A DNA stretch of 64,000 bases from sequence record NZ_CP083859.1. One strand, 5' to 3'. The position numbers and the translations under genes are program-made. Under the pieces are notes generated by a model. That model ran no database searches. It saw nothing but the letters and a program-made list of their open reading frames with translations, and was not told the origin of the DNA. Positions 9,305-19,162 of this stretch are shown here, piece by piece. The first letter of the stretch is position 1, and every line of letters begins with the position of its first letter. The stretch is from a plasmid.

Positions 9305-10126
9305 ATGGTCAGTTTCGCAAGCCGCTATCGTATGCCTGCCTCGATCCGCAAAGACCGTCCGCTGACGAATGATGAATTACAGCGCATCGTTCCGAGCGCG
9401 TTCTCATCGGATAAACACGATTCACGCTCTGAACGTTATACGTATATCCCGACCATTAACATTCTTGATCGCTTACGTGATGAAGGTTTTCAGCCATATT
9501 ATGCAACGCAGTCACGTACACGTGACCAGGATAAAAGCGACTTTACAAAGCATATGCTTCGCCTGCGCCGTCATGACCAGATTAACGGAAAAGAAGTGCC
9601 GGAAATTATTCTGCTGAATAGCCATGATGGTTCAAGCAGCTATAAAATGATCCCCGGCATGTTCCGTCAGGTTTGCAGTAATGGTCTGGTTGCATGGAAG
9701 GATTTTGGTGAAATCCGCGTACCCCACAAAGGGGATATTGTCGGGCAGGTTATTGAAGGCGCTTACACGGTGCTGAAAACATTCGACGCGGTTGATGAAA
9801 ATATAGACCTCATGAAAAGCATTCAGCTCACTTTGCCTGAGCAGCGCCTTTTTGGTGCGACCGCCCTGGAACTTAAATACGATGGAAAACCAGCGCCGAT
9901 TACACCGGAGCAAATTATTAACCCTCGCCGTGTGCTCGACAGAGGCCAGGATTTATGGACCACGTTTAACGTGGTGCAGGAAAATGTGATCCGTGGGGGA
10001 ATTCGTGGCAGAACGGAAAAAGGGAAGATGACCAGAACGCGGGAAGTCACCGGAATAGATGGTGACATCAAATTAAATCAGGTGCTCTGGAAAATGGCGG
10101 AGGAGTTTGCAAAACTGAAGGCCTAA
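9305..10126 (+). CDS. DUF932-family protein (273 aa) typical of conjugative-element leading regions
   Basis: RBS aatcaggagtaaataaaaATG. Sequence features of the DUF932/YfjQ-like family found next to oriT in F-like plasmids and ICEs; family assigned from memory. Confidence 0.6.
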   Translation: MVSFASRYRMPASIRKDRPLTNDELQRIVPSAFSSDKHDSRSERYTYIPTINILDRLRDEGFQPYYATQSRTRDQDKSDFTKHMLRLRRHDQINGKEVPEIILLNSHDGSSSYKMIPGMFRQVCSNGLVAWKDFGEIRVPHKGDIVGQVIEGAYTVLKTFDAVDENIDLMKSIQLTLPEQRLFGATALELKYDGKPAPITPEQIINPRRVLDRGQDLWTTFNVVQENVIRGGIRGRTEKGKMTRTREVTGIDGDIKLNQVLWKMAEEFAKLKA

Positions 10127-10154
10127 AAATTAAGCCGCTCAACAGAGCGGCTTT

Positions 10155-10694
10155 TTACTGCACGCTATGTGACGATGCTGTTTCTGCAATTTTAATATCA
10201 TGCTCCTTTCCCGCAGCTGGCGCGAGACGTTCTGAAAGTAACTTTTTTCTGGCCAGTAATACACGATATATATTTTTGATATCCTGTGCATAGGCCTTGC
10301 GCTGTACAATGAGCTTTTTGCTCGGTCCAGTATTATACATCCCCACGCTGTCCCAGTTTTTCCCGTATGACCGAAAGTTGTGCGCCAGTACCCATGCTCC
10401 CGTATAAACGCAGATACATGGATCATTTAACAGGCGCTCACGGGTAATATTGAAGTTTTTAAGTTTACCGTAATGGGAACTGTTCACCTGCATACCGCAG
10501 ACATCTTCCGTTCCATTCCTGTTTGATCCATTTATCGCATCCGGTACAAGATGGCTCTCTTTAATCGAAATTGACATAAGCAGCAGCGGATCAATTTGGT
10601 AATCTTTCCCGGCCTGATCAAAGCACATCTGCGGAGCTGCGCCAGCAGATAGTGAAAGAGTCAGTAAAGCAGCAGGCAGTAACGATATTTTCAT
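10155..10694 (-). CDS. lytic transglycosylase (SLT domain), the X/orf169/PilT-like gene next to oriT; signal peptide
   Basis: MKISLLPAALLTLSLSAGA signal peptide; SLT catalytic region ...LLMSISIKESHLVPDAINGSNRNGTEDVCGMQVNS...YNTG. Confidence 0.8.
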   Translation of the reverse strand: MKISLLPAALLTLSLSAGAAPQMCFDQAGKDYQIDPLLLMSISIKESHLVPDAINGSNRNGTEDVCGMQVNSSHYGKLKNFNITRERLLNDPCICVYTGAWVLAHNFRSYGKNWDSVGMYNTGPSKKLIVQRKAYAQDIKNIYRVLLARKKLLSERLAPAAGKEHDIKIAETASSHSVQ

Positions 10695-10779
10695 GGTTTG
10701 GCCTTTTAGCGAAATAAACGGGCTCTGGAGAGGCGCTTTAAAAAATACCCCGGCGGATCGTCGCAATCAAGTAAATTCA

Positions 10780-11265
10780 CTACAAACGCGCCTGAGCGCT
10801 CTCCTGAAGGGATTTAACACCTGTCCGAAATAAACATGCCAGAACGGTATACGGTATTAACATGCCGCTCTTTACTAACCCTTTAAAACATCACACCCCA
10901 CGCAAGACTTCGTCTTGCAGATTTTTCCTTTCATTTCAGTGGGATGTTTGTAAGAAATTTGCGCGCTTTTGGAATGTGACCGTTTAATGTCGTACATACC
11001 GACACTACACTATCGTATAATCCTGATACCTGTTAGTGTCGGTATGTCACACATGTATCATACAATTGTAGATATGCTTTAATTACATTGAATTATATAT
11101 CGCACAGTGTCACACTATCGCACATCATAGTGCTGGATTGTACTACTGTATAGAACAGAAATGCACAGCAGTATCAACCCATTACAGCCTTGCACAGCAA
11201 TGTGGAAATCCACCAACAGGCCATACATAGTGTCGGTTCCGACACTAACTTAAAACAGGTAAGAA
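10780..11265. promoter_or_regulatory. oriT: F-like origin of transfer (oriT): nic-site core, A-tract/IHF region and repeated TraM-binding (sbm) sites
   Basis: Bottom strand reads TTGCGTGGGGTGT|GATGTTTT (F nic: GCGTGGGGTGT|GGTGCTTT) at 10889-10905. Repeated GACACTA / TAGTGTC boxes lie in inverted orientation between 10990 and 11245, just upstream of traM. Confidence 0.7.
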
Positions 11266-11267
11266 AT

Positions 11268-11663
11268 ATGGGAAGAGTCGGCATCTACCTTAAAGATAAA
11301 ATTGAACGCGAAGTTCGCGATATTGTTCAACAAGACCTGCAGAACGGCGCTAATGCTGGAGAAGCAAACATATCAGCTACCTGCAACGAATTAATCCGGC
11401 TTGGACTGCTTGTTTATAAACGCGATGGCGAGGATGGCAATCAATTTGATATCGAAGGATATCGAAGAGACCTCATAAGAAAAGCAGCCGGCTCACGCGA
11501 AGGCACAGTTCTCATTGCCACCCTAATCGCTGAGATGTATTTAAAAATGACAGGAAAAGACGGCGAAGGCAGCCTTGAAGATACGCTTGATATGATTTTA
11601 AGCGGCATAAACACAGCCGAGAACGAAGCAGAAGCAAGGCACTTCATCAACGAAAAAGAATAA
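11268..11663 (+). CDS. traM: TraM, relaxosome accessory protein
   Basis: MGRVGIYLKDKIEREVRDIVQQ...SATCNELIRLGL resembles F TraM MAKVNLYISNDAYEKINAIIEKRRQEGA...SATASMLLELGL. Position immediately after oriT. Confidence 0.8.
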   Translation: MGRVGIYLKDKIEREVRDIVQQDLQNGANAGEANISATCNELIRLGLLVYKRDGEDGNQFDIEGYRRDLIRKAAGSREGTVLIATLIAEMYLKMTGKDGEGSLEDTLDMILSGINTAENEAEARHFINEKE

Positions 11664-11695
11664 ATCTGTGAGCCGGACACCCCGGCCCACATCGA

Positions 11696-12352
11696 TCACA
11701 GGGACGGTTTTTCATCCCAGGGAAGGTCACTTTTCTCCACCTCCTTTATTTTTTCTTTCAGGAACACCTCGAACTCCATGCAAAGAACTTTAAGCGCCTG
11801 CACATCCTCATTCTGGTCAAGTAACCTTTCCGTAAAATAACCCAGCGTATTCATCAGACGGGTGAGCATTTCATCATTCAGACTACGGTTATGCACCTTC
11901 GCCATTGCCCTGATTTCATCTGCAAGGTTTTCAGGAATTCGCATGCTATATCCGGTTGCTTTCCCCGGAAGCAAAACTCTTTCACCCTCACGCCACATCC
12001 ACAATTGCTCCTGCTTGGGCGAGGATTTAATTTCTCCAGCATCATCAAGAGATTCACCATCAAGTAATTGCCCTAGCCACTCTTCAAATCTCACCGCCAG
12101 AGCAATGAGCCGCTCACCCTCCGCAGTTTTAATGACAGGCTTGCCGGGCTGATAATTCAGCGACAACAAAAGCCTGGCAATAATTTCCTCATTCACACTT
12201 CTGTTGCCAGCTCTGGCACATATTCTCAGCTCCATAAGCAGATTATCCGGTGCACGCAATCGCCACTCCACCGCCTCACCTGGCTGGAACTTGCGTGGAC
12301 GGCCGCGACCATCCCACATTTTTTCTTTTACTTTCATAGCTATAGATCCCAT
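11696..12352 (-). CDS. tandem ribbon-helix-helix (Arc/MetJ/TraY-like) DNA-binding protein, 218 aa, two internal repeats; occupies the traJ/traY slot in inverted orientation
   Basis: Two repeats: RPRKFQPGEAVEWRLRAPDNLLMELRICARAGNRSVNEEIIARLLLSL and RVLLPGKATGYSMRIPENLADEIRAMAKVHNRSLNDEMLTRLMNTL. Both carry the NRS-N-E Arc/TraY motif. Confidence 0.6.
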   Translation of the reverse strand: MGSIAMKVKEKMWDGRGRPRKFQPGEAVEWRLRAPDNLLMELRICARAGNRSVNEEIIARLLLSLNYQPGKPVIKTAEGERLIALAVRFEEWLGQLLDGESLDDAGEIKSSPKQEQLWMWREGERVLLPGKATGYSMRIPENLADEIRAMAKVHNRSLNDEMLTRLMNTLGYFTERLLDQNEDVQALKVLCMEFEVFLKEKIKEVEKSDLPWDEKPSL

Positions 12353-12428
12353 AGACCATCTCCGAACTTACTGGTCAACAAAGCCTACCCACTTACATAT
12401 TCGGATAAATCTGAATGGTTCCAAAAAG

Positions 12429-12444
12429 TGTGACATGCGTCACA
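12429..12444. promoter_or_regulatory. perfect CRP-consensus palindrome TGTGAcatgcgTCACA in the divergent promoter region between the RHH gene and traA, followed by a T12 run
   Basis: Sequence gtgTGTGACATGCGTCACAg at 12429-12444 matches TGTGA-N6-TCACA exactly. T-run 12446-12457. Confidence 0.45.
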
Positions 12445-12533
12445 GTTTTTTTTTTTTAGGGTCATGGGACAATTGCGCCCGCGTAAACAAGCACTTACGC
12501 GATTCACTTTTGTTTACTTCGGAGAAAACAAAC

Positions 12534-12887
12534 ATGTTAACCAAAGGCAGTGCCCTTAACGTCGGTAAGGGATGGGCGGTAGCGTCTTTATTCCGCAAAG
12601 CACGCGAAAATCGCCAGGCTAAATTTTACTTAAAGTCAGCAGGCGCTTTTTTAATTGCACTTATGGTCACTCACCCGGCATTCGCATCTGGTACCGACCT
12701 TCTTTCCTCGCAGAACGCCACGGTTAATTCCACCTTCGGCTCCGGCTCATCACTGGTTAAATGGTTCTATATCGCCGAAATCATCATGGGCCTGTTTATT
12801 TACATTAAGGCCCGCTCACTACTGGTATTCGTCGGTATCGTTATGGCAATCATCTTTACCCGTGTCGCCTTCGGTATCGCGAGCTAA
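12534..12887 (+). CDS. traA: TraA propilin (F-type pilin)
   Basis: ...ASGTDLLSSQNATVNSTFGSGSSLVKWFYIAEIIMGLFIYIKARSLLVFVGIVMAIIF matches F TraA AAGSSGQDLMASGNTTVKATFGKDSSVVKWVVLAEVLVGAVMYMMTKN.... Confidence 0.8.
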   Translation: MLTKGSALNVGKGWAVASLFRKARENRQAKFYLKSAGAFLIALMVTHPAFASGTDLLSSQNATVNSTFGSGSSLVKWFYIAEIIMGLFIYIKARSLLVFVGIVMAIIFTRVAFGIAS

Positions 12888-13193
12888 ATGATGAACGGGG
12901 AAGGAGACAAATATAACTTCCCGGAAACAATGAACCAGCAGAACCGCTATTTAGGCTTACCGATTGACGAATTTATTGTTACCGCACCCCTTTTAGTTTT
13001 GGGGGTGCTTAACAACCTGTCACTCGAACTTGGTGTAATTGCGGGAATCCTCTGGTTCATCGTCAGATATCTGAAAAAAGGGCAGGGGTCGTACTGGTTG
13101 CTTAATTTCTGCTACTGGCACCTGCCATCACTTTTATTCAAAGTAACCTTTCGCCAGATACCTGACTCAAGTTTCCGGCACTGGAGGGCATAG
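12888..13193 (+). CDS. traL: TraL
   Basis: NFPETMNQQNRYLGLPIDEF...YWHLPSLLFKVTFRQIPDSSFRHW matches F TraL [21 protein letters not shown]...YWYMPT...VPDSCFRQW. Confidence 0.8.
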   Translation: MMNGEGDKYNFPETMNQQNRYLGLPIDEFIVTAPLLVLGVLNNLSLELGVIAGILWFIVRYLKKGQGSYWLLNFCYWHLPSLLFKVTFRQIPDSSFRHWRA

Positions 13194-13199
13194 TTTTTC

Positions 13200-13781
13200 A
13201 TGAAACTGAATATTAAAGGAGAGCGCGATAAACAACTCCGCTATGCGTTTATTGGTCTTTCAGCTTTAACTTTACTCATGAGCGCAGGGAATGTACTGAC
13301 AGGGTCACTGGCATGGTATTTCGCCACAACCCAGAAAACCATCACCACGCCGTTAACGTTTAACCGCCCATTTGCATCAGATTCTAAAAGTGTCGATGCG
13401 ACCGGTCTGACACAGTTCGCCGCTTCCTTTATTTACTGGCGACTCAACGTTACCCCGGAAAACATCGAACATAACCAGAAAATGATTCTTGGATTTGTCC
13501 CCTCCGCCGAACGGGACGTACTCAAGAAAGCCCTGGACATAGAAACTGAGCGCATCCAGAAAGCGGGCATCACCACCCAGTTCGACACGAAAGAAATTCG
13601 CGTCATGGATGATGGCTCCGTGCAGTACAGCGGGGTACTGAAATCCTCCACCACAAACGGCGCAATCATCACGCCACTGAAAGACCAGGAAAAAACCTAC
13701 CGACTGAAACTGAGTTATGACAACGGTGTGATTAACCTCCACAGCTTTGAAGAACTCAAGCCGGTATCTTCCACTAACTGA
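13200..13781 (+). CDS. traE: TraE
   Basis: Gene order and size (193 aa) with an N-terminal TM segment; F-type T4SS TraE. Confidence 0.8.
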   Translation: MKLNIKGERDKQLRYAFIGLSALTLLMSAGNVLTGSLAWYFATTQKTITTPLTFNRPFASDSKSVDATGLTQFAASFIYWRLNVTPENIEHNQKMILGFVPSAERDVLKKALDIETERIQKAGITTQFDTKEIRVMDDGSVQYSGVLKSSTTNGAIITPLKDQEKTYRLKLSYDNGVINLHSFEELKPVSSTN

Positions 13782-13792
13782 CAGGACTGCCC

Positions 13793-14533
13793 ATGAAATT
13801 TCGCATTTCACCGGCAGCTGCTGCTGTGTTTCTGGCAGCGGGATTATTTACCAGCGGCCTCCGGGCCGCTTCCTCACCCGCAGCCATTCCGTTTGAGAAC
13901 GACGCCGCCTTTAACGTCACTCTCAGCAACACCAACCCGAGTAAGGTTGTTGTAGACGGAGAACTCATTACCAGCATCAGCGGACCAACCGGTGCGTATG
14001 ACCAGAGCCAGACCGAGGACGGAGCGCTTATTTTGTCTCCGCTTGTTGGCCAGAACTTCACCCTGTTTATCCAGACTGACCACGGTTCATCGCTGAGCCT
14101 GAACGTCAGGCCGCAGCCGGGTAACGGCAAAACACTGCGCTTCACCCCGATGTCACCACCACTTCGCAAGAACGACGATGCGAAGGCATGGGAAGAAGGG
14201 CAGACCTATGAAAAAACGCTGGTTGCGCTATCCCGCGCCGCAGTCAATGGCCAGGTGCCGGACGACTACCGGGAATACCCGGTCAGCCGCATGCCGGCTT
14301 ACACACCCGCCAGTGATGTACGCCTGACGCCTGAACGCCAGTTTGTGGGCAACCACCTGCGGGTTGTTCGCTTCCGGATGAGCAACCCGGGCAGCATCAC
14401 CCGCAGCCTCCGCGAGCGCGATTTCTGGCGCAAGGGCGTCCGGGCCGTAATGCTGTCGCAGAATCAGCTCTACGCTGGCGGTGAGGGCTATGCCTGGATT
14501 GTGTTTTCAGATGACGGAGACGCCCGCTCATGA
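13793..14533 (+). CDS. traK: TraK (secretin-like/VirB9-like)
   Basis: 246 aa with signal peptide; position after traE. Confidence 0.8.
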   Translation: MKFRISPAAAAVFLAAGLFTSGLRAASSPAAIPFENDAAFNVTLSNTNPSKVVVDGELITSISGPTGAYDQSQTEDGALILSPLVGQNFTLFIQTDHGSSLSLNVRPQPGNGKTLRFTPMSPPLRKNDDAKAWEEGQTYEKTLVALSRAAVNGQVPDDYREYPVSRMPAYTPASDVRLTPERQFVGNHLRVVRFRMSNPGSITRSLRERDFWRKGVRAVMLSQNQLYAGGEGYAWIVFSDDGDARS

Positions 14534-15006
14534 CCATCAGCCTGAATGAAAACCTGAAAACCCGCCGCAAGCAACTGGCCATCCTGGCCGCCGTCATCAT
14601 TGGCGGCGCAGCTGCAGCAGGCGGCGTAATGTGGTACGGGCAATACCAGCAAAAACAAAAGCAACCCGCACCGGTTGCAACACCAAACCTGACCGGCGTT
14701 GTGACCGCGACGTTTAACGAACAGGTCAACGATGCCGCGCTGACACAGCAGCAGGCAAAGACCTCCGCTCTTGAGCAAAACCTTGCCACGCTTGCTCAGC
14801 AGTTCGCGCAGAACAAGCTCACAACCGAGCAGAAGCTGGCCGAGAAGGACGCTGAAATACAGCGCTTGAATGACCAGCTAACGAAAGCCCCCGGCAGCAA
14901 CCAGACCACTGGCCAGCAGACACCACCTGTTGGCCAGAACGGAACACCACTCCCCGGTCCCGTTGCTGGCGGTCAGGCCCGGCCACCCGAATACACCGTA
15001 AAGTGA
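14530..15006 (+). pseudogene. traB: traB', a 158-codon 5' fragment of TraB (full length about 475 aa), truncated by a large deletion
   Basis: N-terminal TM and coiled-coil (…AILAAVIIGGAAAAGGVMWY…TGVVTATFNEQVNDAALTQQQ…) matches the F TraB N-terminus. Stop after EYTVK; no TraB core domain follows. Confidence 0.75.
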
Positions 15007-15010
15007 GCTG

Positions 15011-15247
15011 ATGTTAGCGAGGGCTTATATGAATGTATTTGGTTCACTTCCTGAGGGGCAGGGAATGACCATCATTGCTGGCTGGGCTGGCTATGAATTC
15101 ACTCTATATGGTCTGGAGCCCCAGGAGTGGCATTCACCGGTTTATAAGGATGTGGCCTCCTCAGTCCGTTCTGTGGCTGCATACATTAATGCACAGGACT
15201 GGGAGGACGGATGTCAGCAGGCCAGATATGAACTGAGTCTGATGTAA
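15011..15247 (+). CDS. hypothetical 78-aa ORF at the tra deletion junction
   Basis: ORF only; could be a gene remnant. Confidence 0.3.
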   Translation: MLARAYMNVFGSLPEGQGMTIIAGWAGYEFTLYGLEPQEWHSPVYKDVASSVRSVAAYINAQDWEDGCQQARYELSLM

Positions 15248-15362
15248 TAACCCGACGTTTTCCCACTCGCGCTATCACGTAATTCATCACCCTTTTCAAC
15301 GTTTCTCCCCTGATAACACACATCACCGAACAGGTGATGCAATAACGGCCGGACAACACTCT

Positions 15363-16013
15363 ATGAGCTTCGCAGGAAAAAACCTCACTCAGGGCGGGCA
15401 GATGACCGCCTACCGCTGGCGCATGTTCATTCAGGTGAACAACTGGATAGGATTCTGGATCTTCATCCTGTTCGCCGTGCTAACTACCGCCATTTTTCTC
15501 TGGCGAATTCCACAGGAAGCCCTTGATAACGGCTCCCTGTGGTGGTTTGCCAGCATCAACAGCAGTTTTATCGATCTGATGCCGGCAACGGGGACGCCAA
15601 AAATTTACGACGTCCACTACTGGTATGCGCCAACCGCGACGATGATGGTGCTCAAAATGACCCTGCCGCAGATCTATACCGACCTGTATATGCAGGAGAT
15701 GGGCAACCAGTGCCTGACTGAGCTGCAGTGGGCGGCCGGCGCCAGCGGGTTGTTCAGTATGGTGGTGTTTATCGCCGTGACATGGTTTATCGCCAGTATC
15801 GGCAGAAAGGAAAGTGAAGATGAATACATTTCCGGGATGCAGCTGACTGATAAGCCAGCTGAAGTGAACAAGCTCCTGCGTAAAAACGGTGAGTTCTCTG
15901 ACCTGCGCGTGGGTGATCTGCATATGGTCAGGATGGCGGAGGTACTCAACTTCCTGATGCATGGCACTATCGGGGTGGGGAAGTCGACGCTGATACGCTG
16001 GTTGCAGAGCTGA
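15363..16013 (+). pseudogene. traD: traD', the 5' 216-codon fragment of coupling protein TraD, ending just after the Walker A motif
   Basis: MSFAGKNLTQGGQMTAYRWRMF...LTDKPAEVNKLLRKNGEFSDLRVGDL...HGTIGVGKST parallels F TraD [22 protein letters not shown]...[26 protein letters not shown]...HGTVGAGKSE. Stop right after. Confidence 0.8.
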
Positions 16014-16022
16014 GCGGAGGCA

Positions 16023-17699
16023 GTGAAAACGTCACCGGAGGCGCGGTCCCGTACGCTCATCATTGCGCAGCTGAACGCCGACCGTAAGGCGATAAATGCT
16101 GGCATTCATGCCGCGCTGGCAGCGCGGGGAGAACTGGGGGAGAAGGCTATTAAGGTGCCGGTGCTCGATAAAATCACCCATACGCGCCATGAGTTCAATA
16201 AAACAGAGTCCTGGGAAGCCGGGATGGTGGTTAAACGCGGTGACCGCTACCAGGATGTGGTAGCCGTTGACCGTAACGGCAGCACGGTGACGGTACGTGA
16301 TGAGGAGGGGAAGATTGCTCTGGTTTCACCGAAGGAGCTGATCACCGGTGACGTGCAGCTGTTTCGCCGCAGCGAGATGGAAGTCCGTTCCGGCGATCTG
16401 CTTAAGTTCACGGCGACCGATCGCGAACAGGGGCAGATGGCCAACCAGCGCTATACGGTGGAGTCGGTCAGCGAGGAGGGGAATATCCGTCTGAAGGGGG
16501 AGAACGGTCGCGTCACCATCAATCCTGAGAAGGTCCGGGCGCAGCAGAATCTCGACTACGGCTGGGCCGTCACCGGCTACGGCGCACAGGGGGCCAGCAG
16601 TGATTATGTCATTGCGCTTGAGGGCACGAAAGACGGACGTAAGGCACTGGCTTCCCGTCGTGCCTTCTACATTTCAGCCTCACGCGTCAAGGAGCACGTC
16701 CAGATTTACACCGACAAGAAAGCGGACTGGGTTAAGGCGGTAAAAACGCCGGAGCGTGATATCAAAACGGCGCACGATGCGCTGGCACCAGAAACGCAGC
16801 GCAAACAGGCGAAAGCCATCTGGGCAATGGGGCAGCCGGTGAATAAAACGGCCATCGGTCGCGCCTGGGTGCGCCATCAGGGCATGCAGGATGCGTCACT
16901 GACGGCAAAAATCATCCCGGCCACCCGGCGCTTTCCTGAACCGGCGCTGGCGCTGCCGGTGTATGACAACAATGGCAGGAGTGCGGGCCTGGCCATGGTT
17001 TCCCTGGTTGCCAGCCCGGAAGGGCGGATGACACAGGGGGAGACCCGGATGGTCATGACAGAACGTGCCCGTGGTGCGGTACTGCAGCGAAGCCAGTCAG
17101 GCAACACGATTGTGGCCAGTGACCTGGCGGCCGCGCTTGATGCAGTACGACATCACCCGAAGGACGGCGTGGTCTGGCAGACCGGCGATGAACCGCCTTC
17201 AGCATGGTTGCTTAAGGTGAGCGGTGGGACAAAACAGGATGTGTCGCCGGGTATTGTCTCCACGCTGACTGACGAGCAGAACGTACAGCAACTGCGCGAA
17301 CAGATGCTGGCAGACCAGATTCGCAATGAAGACGCCGGACGGAACAGGCAGCCGGAGTCGTTGCTGCCGGAAATTCCGCAGGAAGAGGTGATCAGACTGA
17401 AACCGGAAGACATTAACCCGCGTAAACCGGAACCACTCACCCCGGATGCAGATGTAATCGCCAGGGTGAGAGGTGAGGAAAACACCGGTGGACAGGAAAT
17501 GAAAGCTGCTGCAGGTGTCAGGAGTGAGCTGGAAGGTGCTGACAAGGCATCCGGTGAACAGTCGCGGGCATCGCGTGTGATTGCAGATCTGGCAAACGCT
17601 GAGCGCGACATGCTCAGGGTGGCAGAAAATACTGAACGCGGCCGCATGCCGGAGCGTGAAGAACAGACCCTCACCCGTACCATTCAGAAAGAACGCTAA
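16023..17699 (+). pseudogene. traI: 'traI, the 3' roughly 558-codon fragment of relaxase/helicase TraI (C-terminal helicase-associated and C-terminal domains only); no relaxase domain
   Basis: ...AVTGYGAQGASSDYVIALEGTKDGRKALASRRAFYISASRVKEHVQIYTDKKADWVKAVK... is the conserved region near the end of the TraI helicase domain. The frame opens 9 nt after the traD' stop with no ATG (GTG). Confidence 0.8.
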
Positions 17700-17727
17700 T
17701 CCCCCATTTAACAATGAGACTCAGACG

Positions 17728-18513
17728 ATGAAAGTACACAAATTAGCAGCATTAATAGTTACAACATACATTGGCTTTATTGCAACAGCACACGCTTCGG
17801 CCCCTCAGCCGATATTCAGCCCGGAGCAGGAGGCCCGTATCGGGGAAATCGCAGCAGACTACCTGGTATCCCACCCGGAGATACTGGTGACGGTCAGTCA
17901 TAAGCTGCAGGAACAGCAGAAGGCACGTAAGCAGAAGATGTTTGCACTCAGCGTGATGGAGAATCAGGCGAACCTTCTGCATGATCCGGATACCCCGGCT
18001 TACGGGCCTGATAATACAAAGGTCGCGGTGATTGAATTCTTTGATTACCAGTGCGTGTTCTGCAGCCGCTTTGCGCCGGAGCTGGAGAAGGTCATGAAAG
18101 CGCAGCCGGACGTCCGCTACCTCTTTAAGGAGTGGCCAATATTTGGTGGCCGCTGGGAAGCCTCACTTCAGGCAGCGCAGCAGGGGCTGACGGTCTGGCA
18201 AAAGAAAGGGCCGCAGGCCTATGTCACCTATCACAATGCCATCTACGCCACCGGGCATAATGAAGGCAAACTGACGGTGGAGGATATTCGCGTTGCAGCG
18301 TCAAAGGCGGGGCTGGCCACCTCAGCTCCTGGCGACCATACCGCGTCTCTTGAGAAAAACAGCAATCTGTCGGAGGCGCTGGGACTCACCGGAACGCCGG
18401 GGATCATCGTCATGCCCGTTAGCGGGGCGACTCCCGACACCATCACGGTTTTCCCGGAAGCTGTAACCGCTGACAGGCTTCAGGTAGCAATCCGGAAAGC
18501 CACGGCCAGATAG
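17728..18513 (+). CDS. DsbA-family periplasmic thiol:disulfide oxidoreductase (CxxC = CVFC), signal peptide
   Basis: MKVHKLAALIVTTYIGFIATAHA signal peptide; ...VIEFFDYQCVFCSRFAPELEKV thioredoxin-fold active site. Confidence 0.75.
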   Translation: MKVHKLAALIVTTYIGFIATAHASAPQPIFSPEQEARIGEIAADYLVSHPEILVTVSHKLQEQQKARKQKMFALSVMENQANLLHDPDTPAYGPDNTKVAVIEFFDYQCVFCSRFAPELEKVMKAQPDVRYLFKEWPIFGGRWEASLQAAQQGLTVWQKKGPQAYVTYHNAIYATGHNEGKLTVEDIRVAASKAGLATSAPGDHTASLEKNSNLSEALGLTGTPGIIVMPVSGATPDTITVFPEAVTADRLQVAIRKATAR

Positions 18514-18613
18514 AAGATTTCAATTTCCTGTTTGCTGTGCCAGCCACATATGCAACCAACTTTTTTTAGCATATAGTTAAGTTCAGTAGTAAAATGCAGC
18601 GCCTCGTCGAGAG

Positions 18614-19162
18614 ATGATGATTATGGAGCCCGTCGTGAAATTTAAAATCCAGCACTTGCAGGCCGCAGTGGCACTGGTTCTTGCCAGTTTCCAGCCGCAA
18701 CCCAAAGCGGTTGCGTGTCAGCCTACGATTGTTGAACGGGTTTACGAAATGGGCTCCAGAGTCAACAAAACCGATATCAGCGAGCTCACTGTTGCTCTCA
18801 ATGACGTAGCTGAAGAATTACGCTCAAGTCGCATCGAGCTGGCACGGTATGCAGACAGCGATTTCGCCGGCGCTATCAAAGTCGCCAGCGACATCAGAAA
18901 TCATACTATCCATGTCGCAGGTATCGCAGAGTCCTTTGTTCTGATGCTGCCGGAAAAAAAAATCGTTCAGTCGTATGACAGGAATTCTGTTGAGTTTGCA
19001 TTCTTTAAGGCCATTAAAATGGTCAGTCTTGCGACTAAAAACTACCTCAGTCTTATTGATCAAATCACACGAACGACAGAAGTGCGTGACTCTGGAATCA
19101 ACCTCTCGGCCATGAATCACCTGCTGGATTCAGGCAACAGGGCAGCGGCTAAATGGCGTTAA
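18614..19162 (+). CDS. 182-aa protein translationally coupled upstream of a YafO-like toxin; putative non-canonical antitoxin
   Basis: Stop TAA overlaps the toxin ATG (ATGGCGTTAA). No Phd/YefM, RHH or HTH signature seen by eye. AT-rich. Confidence 0.45.
   Translation: MMIMEPVVKFKIQHLQAAVALVLASFQPQPKAVACQPTIVERVYEMGSRVNKTDISELTVALNDVAEELRSSRIELARYADSDFAGAIKVASDIRNHTIHVAGIAESFVLMLPEKKIVQSYDRNSVEFAFFKAIKMVSLATKNYLSLIDQITRTTEVRDSGINLSAMNHLLDSGNRAAAKWR

Noticed and set aside
12204-12533. Extended 227-aa version of traA starting at 12204
   Set aside because: The upstream 110 codons overlap the divergent RHH gene's promoter and the CRP site and show no pilin-leader homology. The ATG at 12534 gives a propilin of expected size.
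15011-15247. 78-aa ORF between traB' and traD' considered as a TraT or TraS remnant
   Set aside because: It shows no similarity to the TraT lipoprotein and is only an ORF call in junction DNA, so it is kept as a low-confidence hypothetical.
14530-17699. tra truncations as sequencing frameshifts
   Set aside because: Unlike the homopolymer cases, whole domains and more than 20 kb of genes are missing between the fragments. Single-base indels cannot explain this, so these are true deletions or an assembly collapse.
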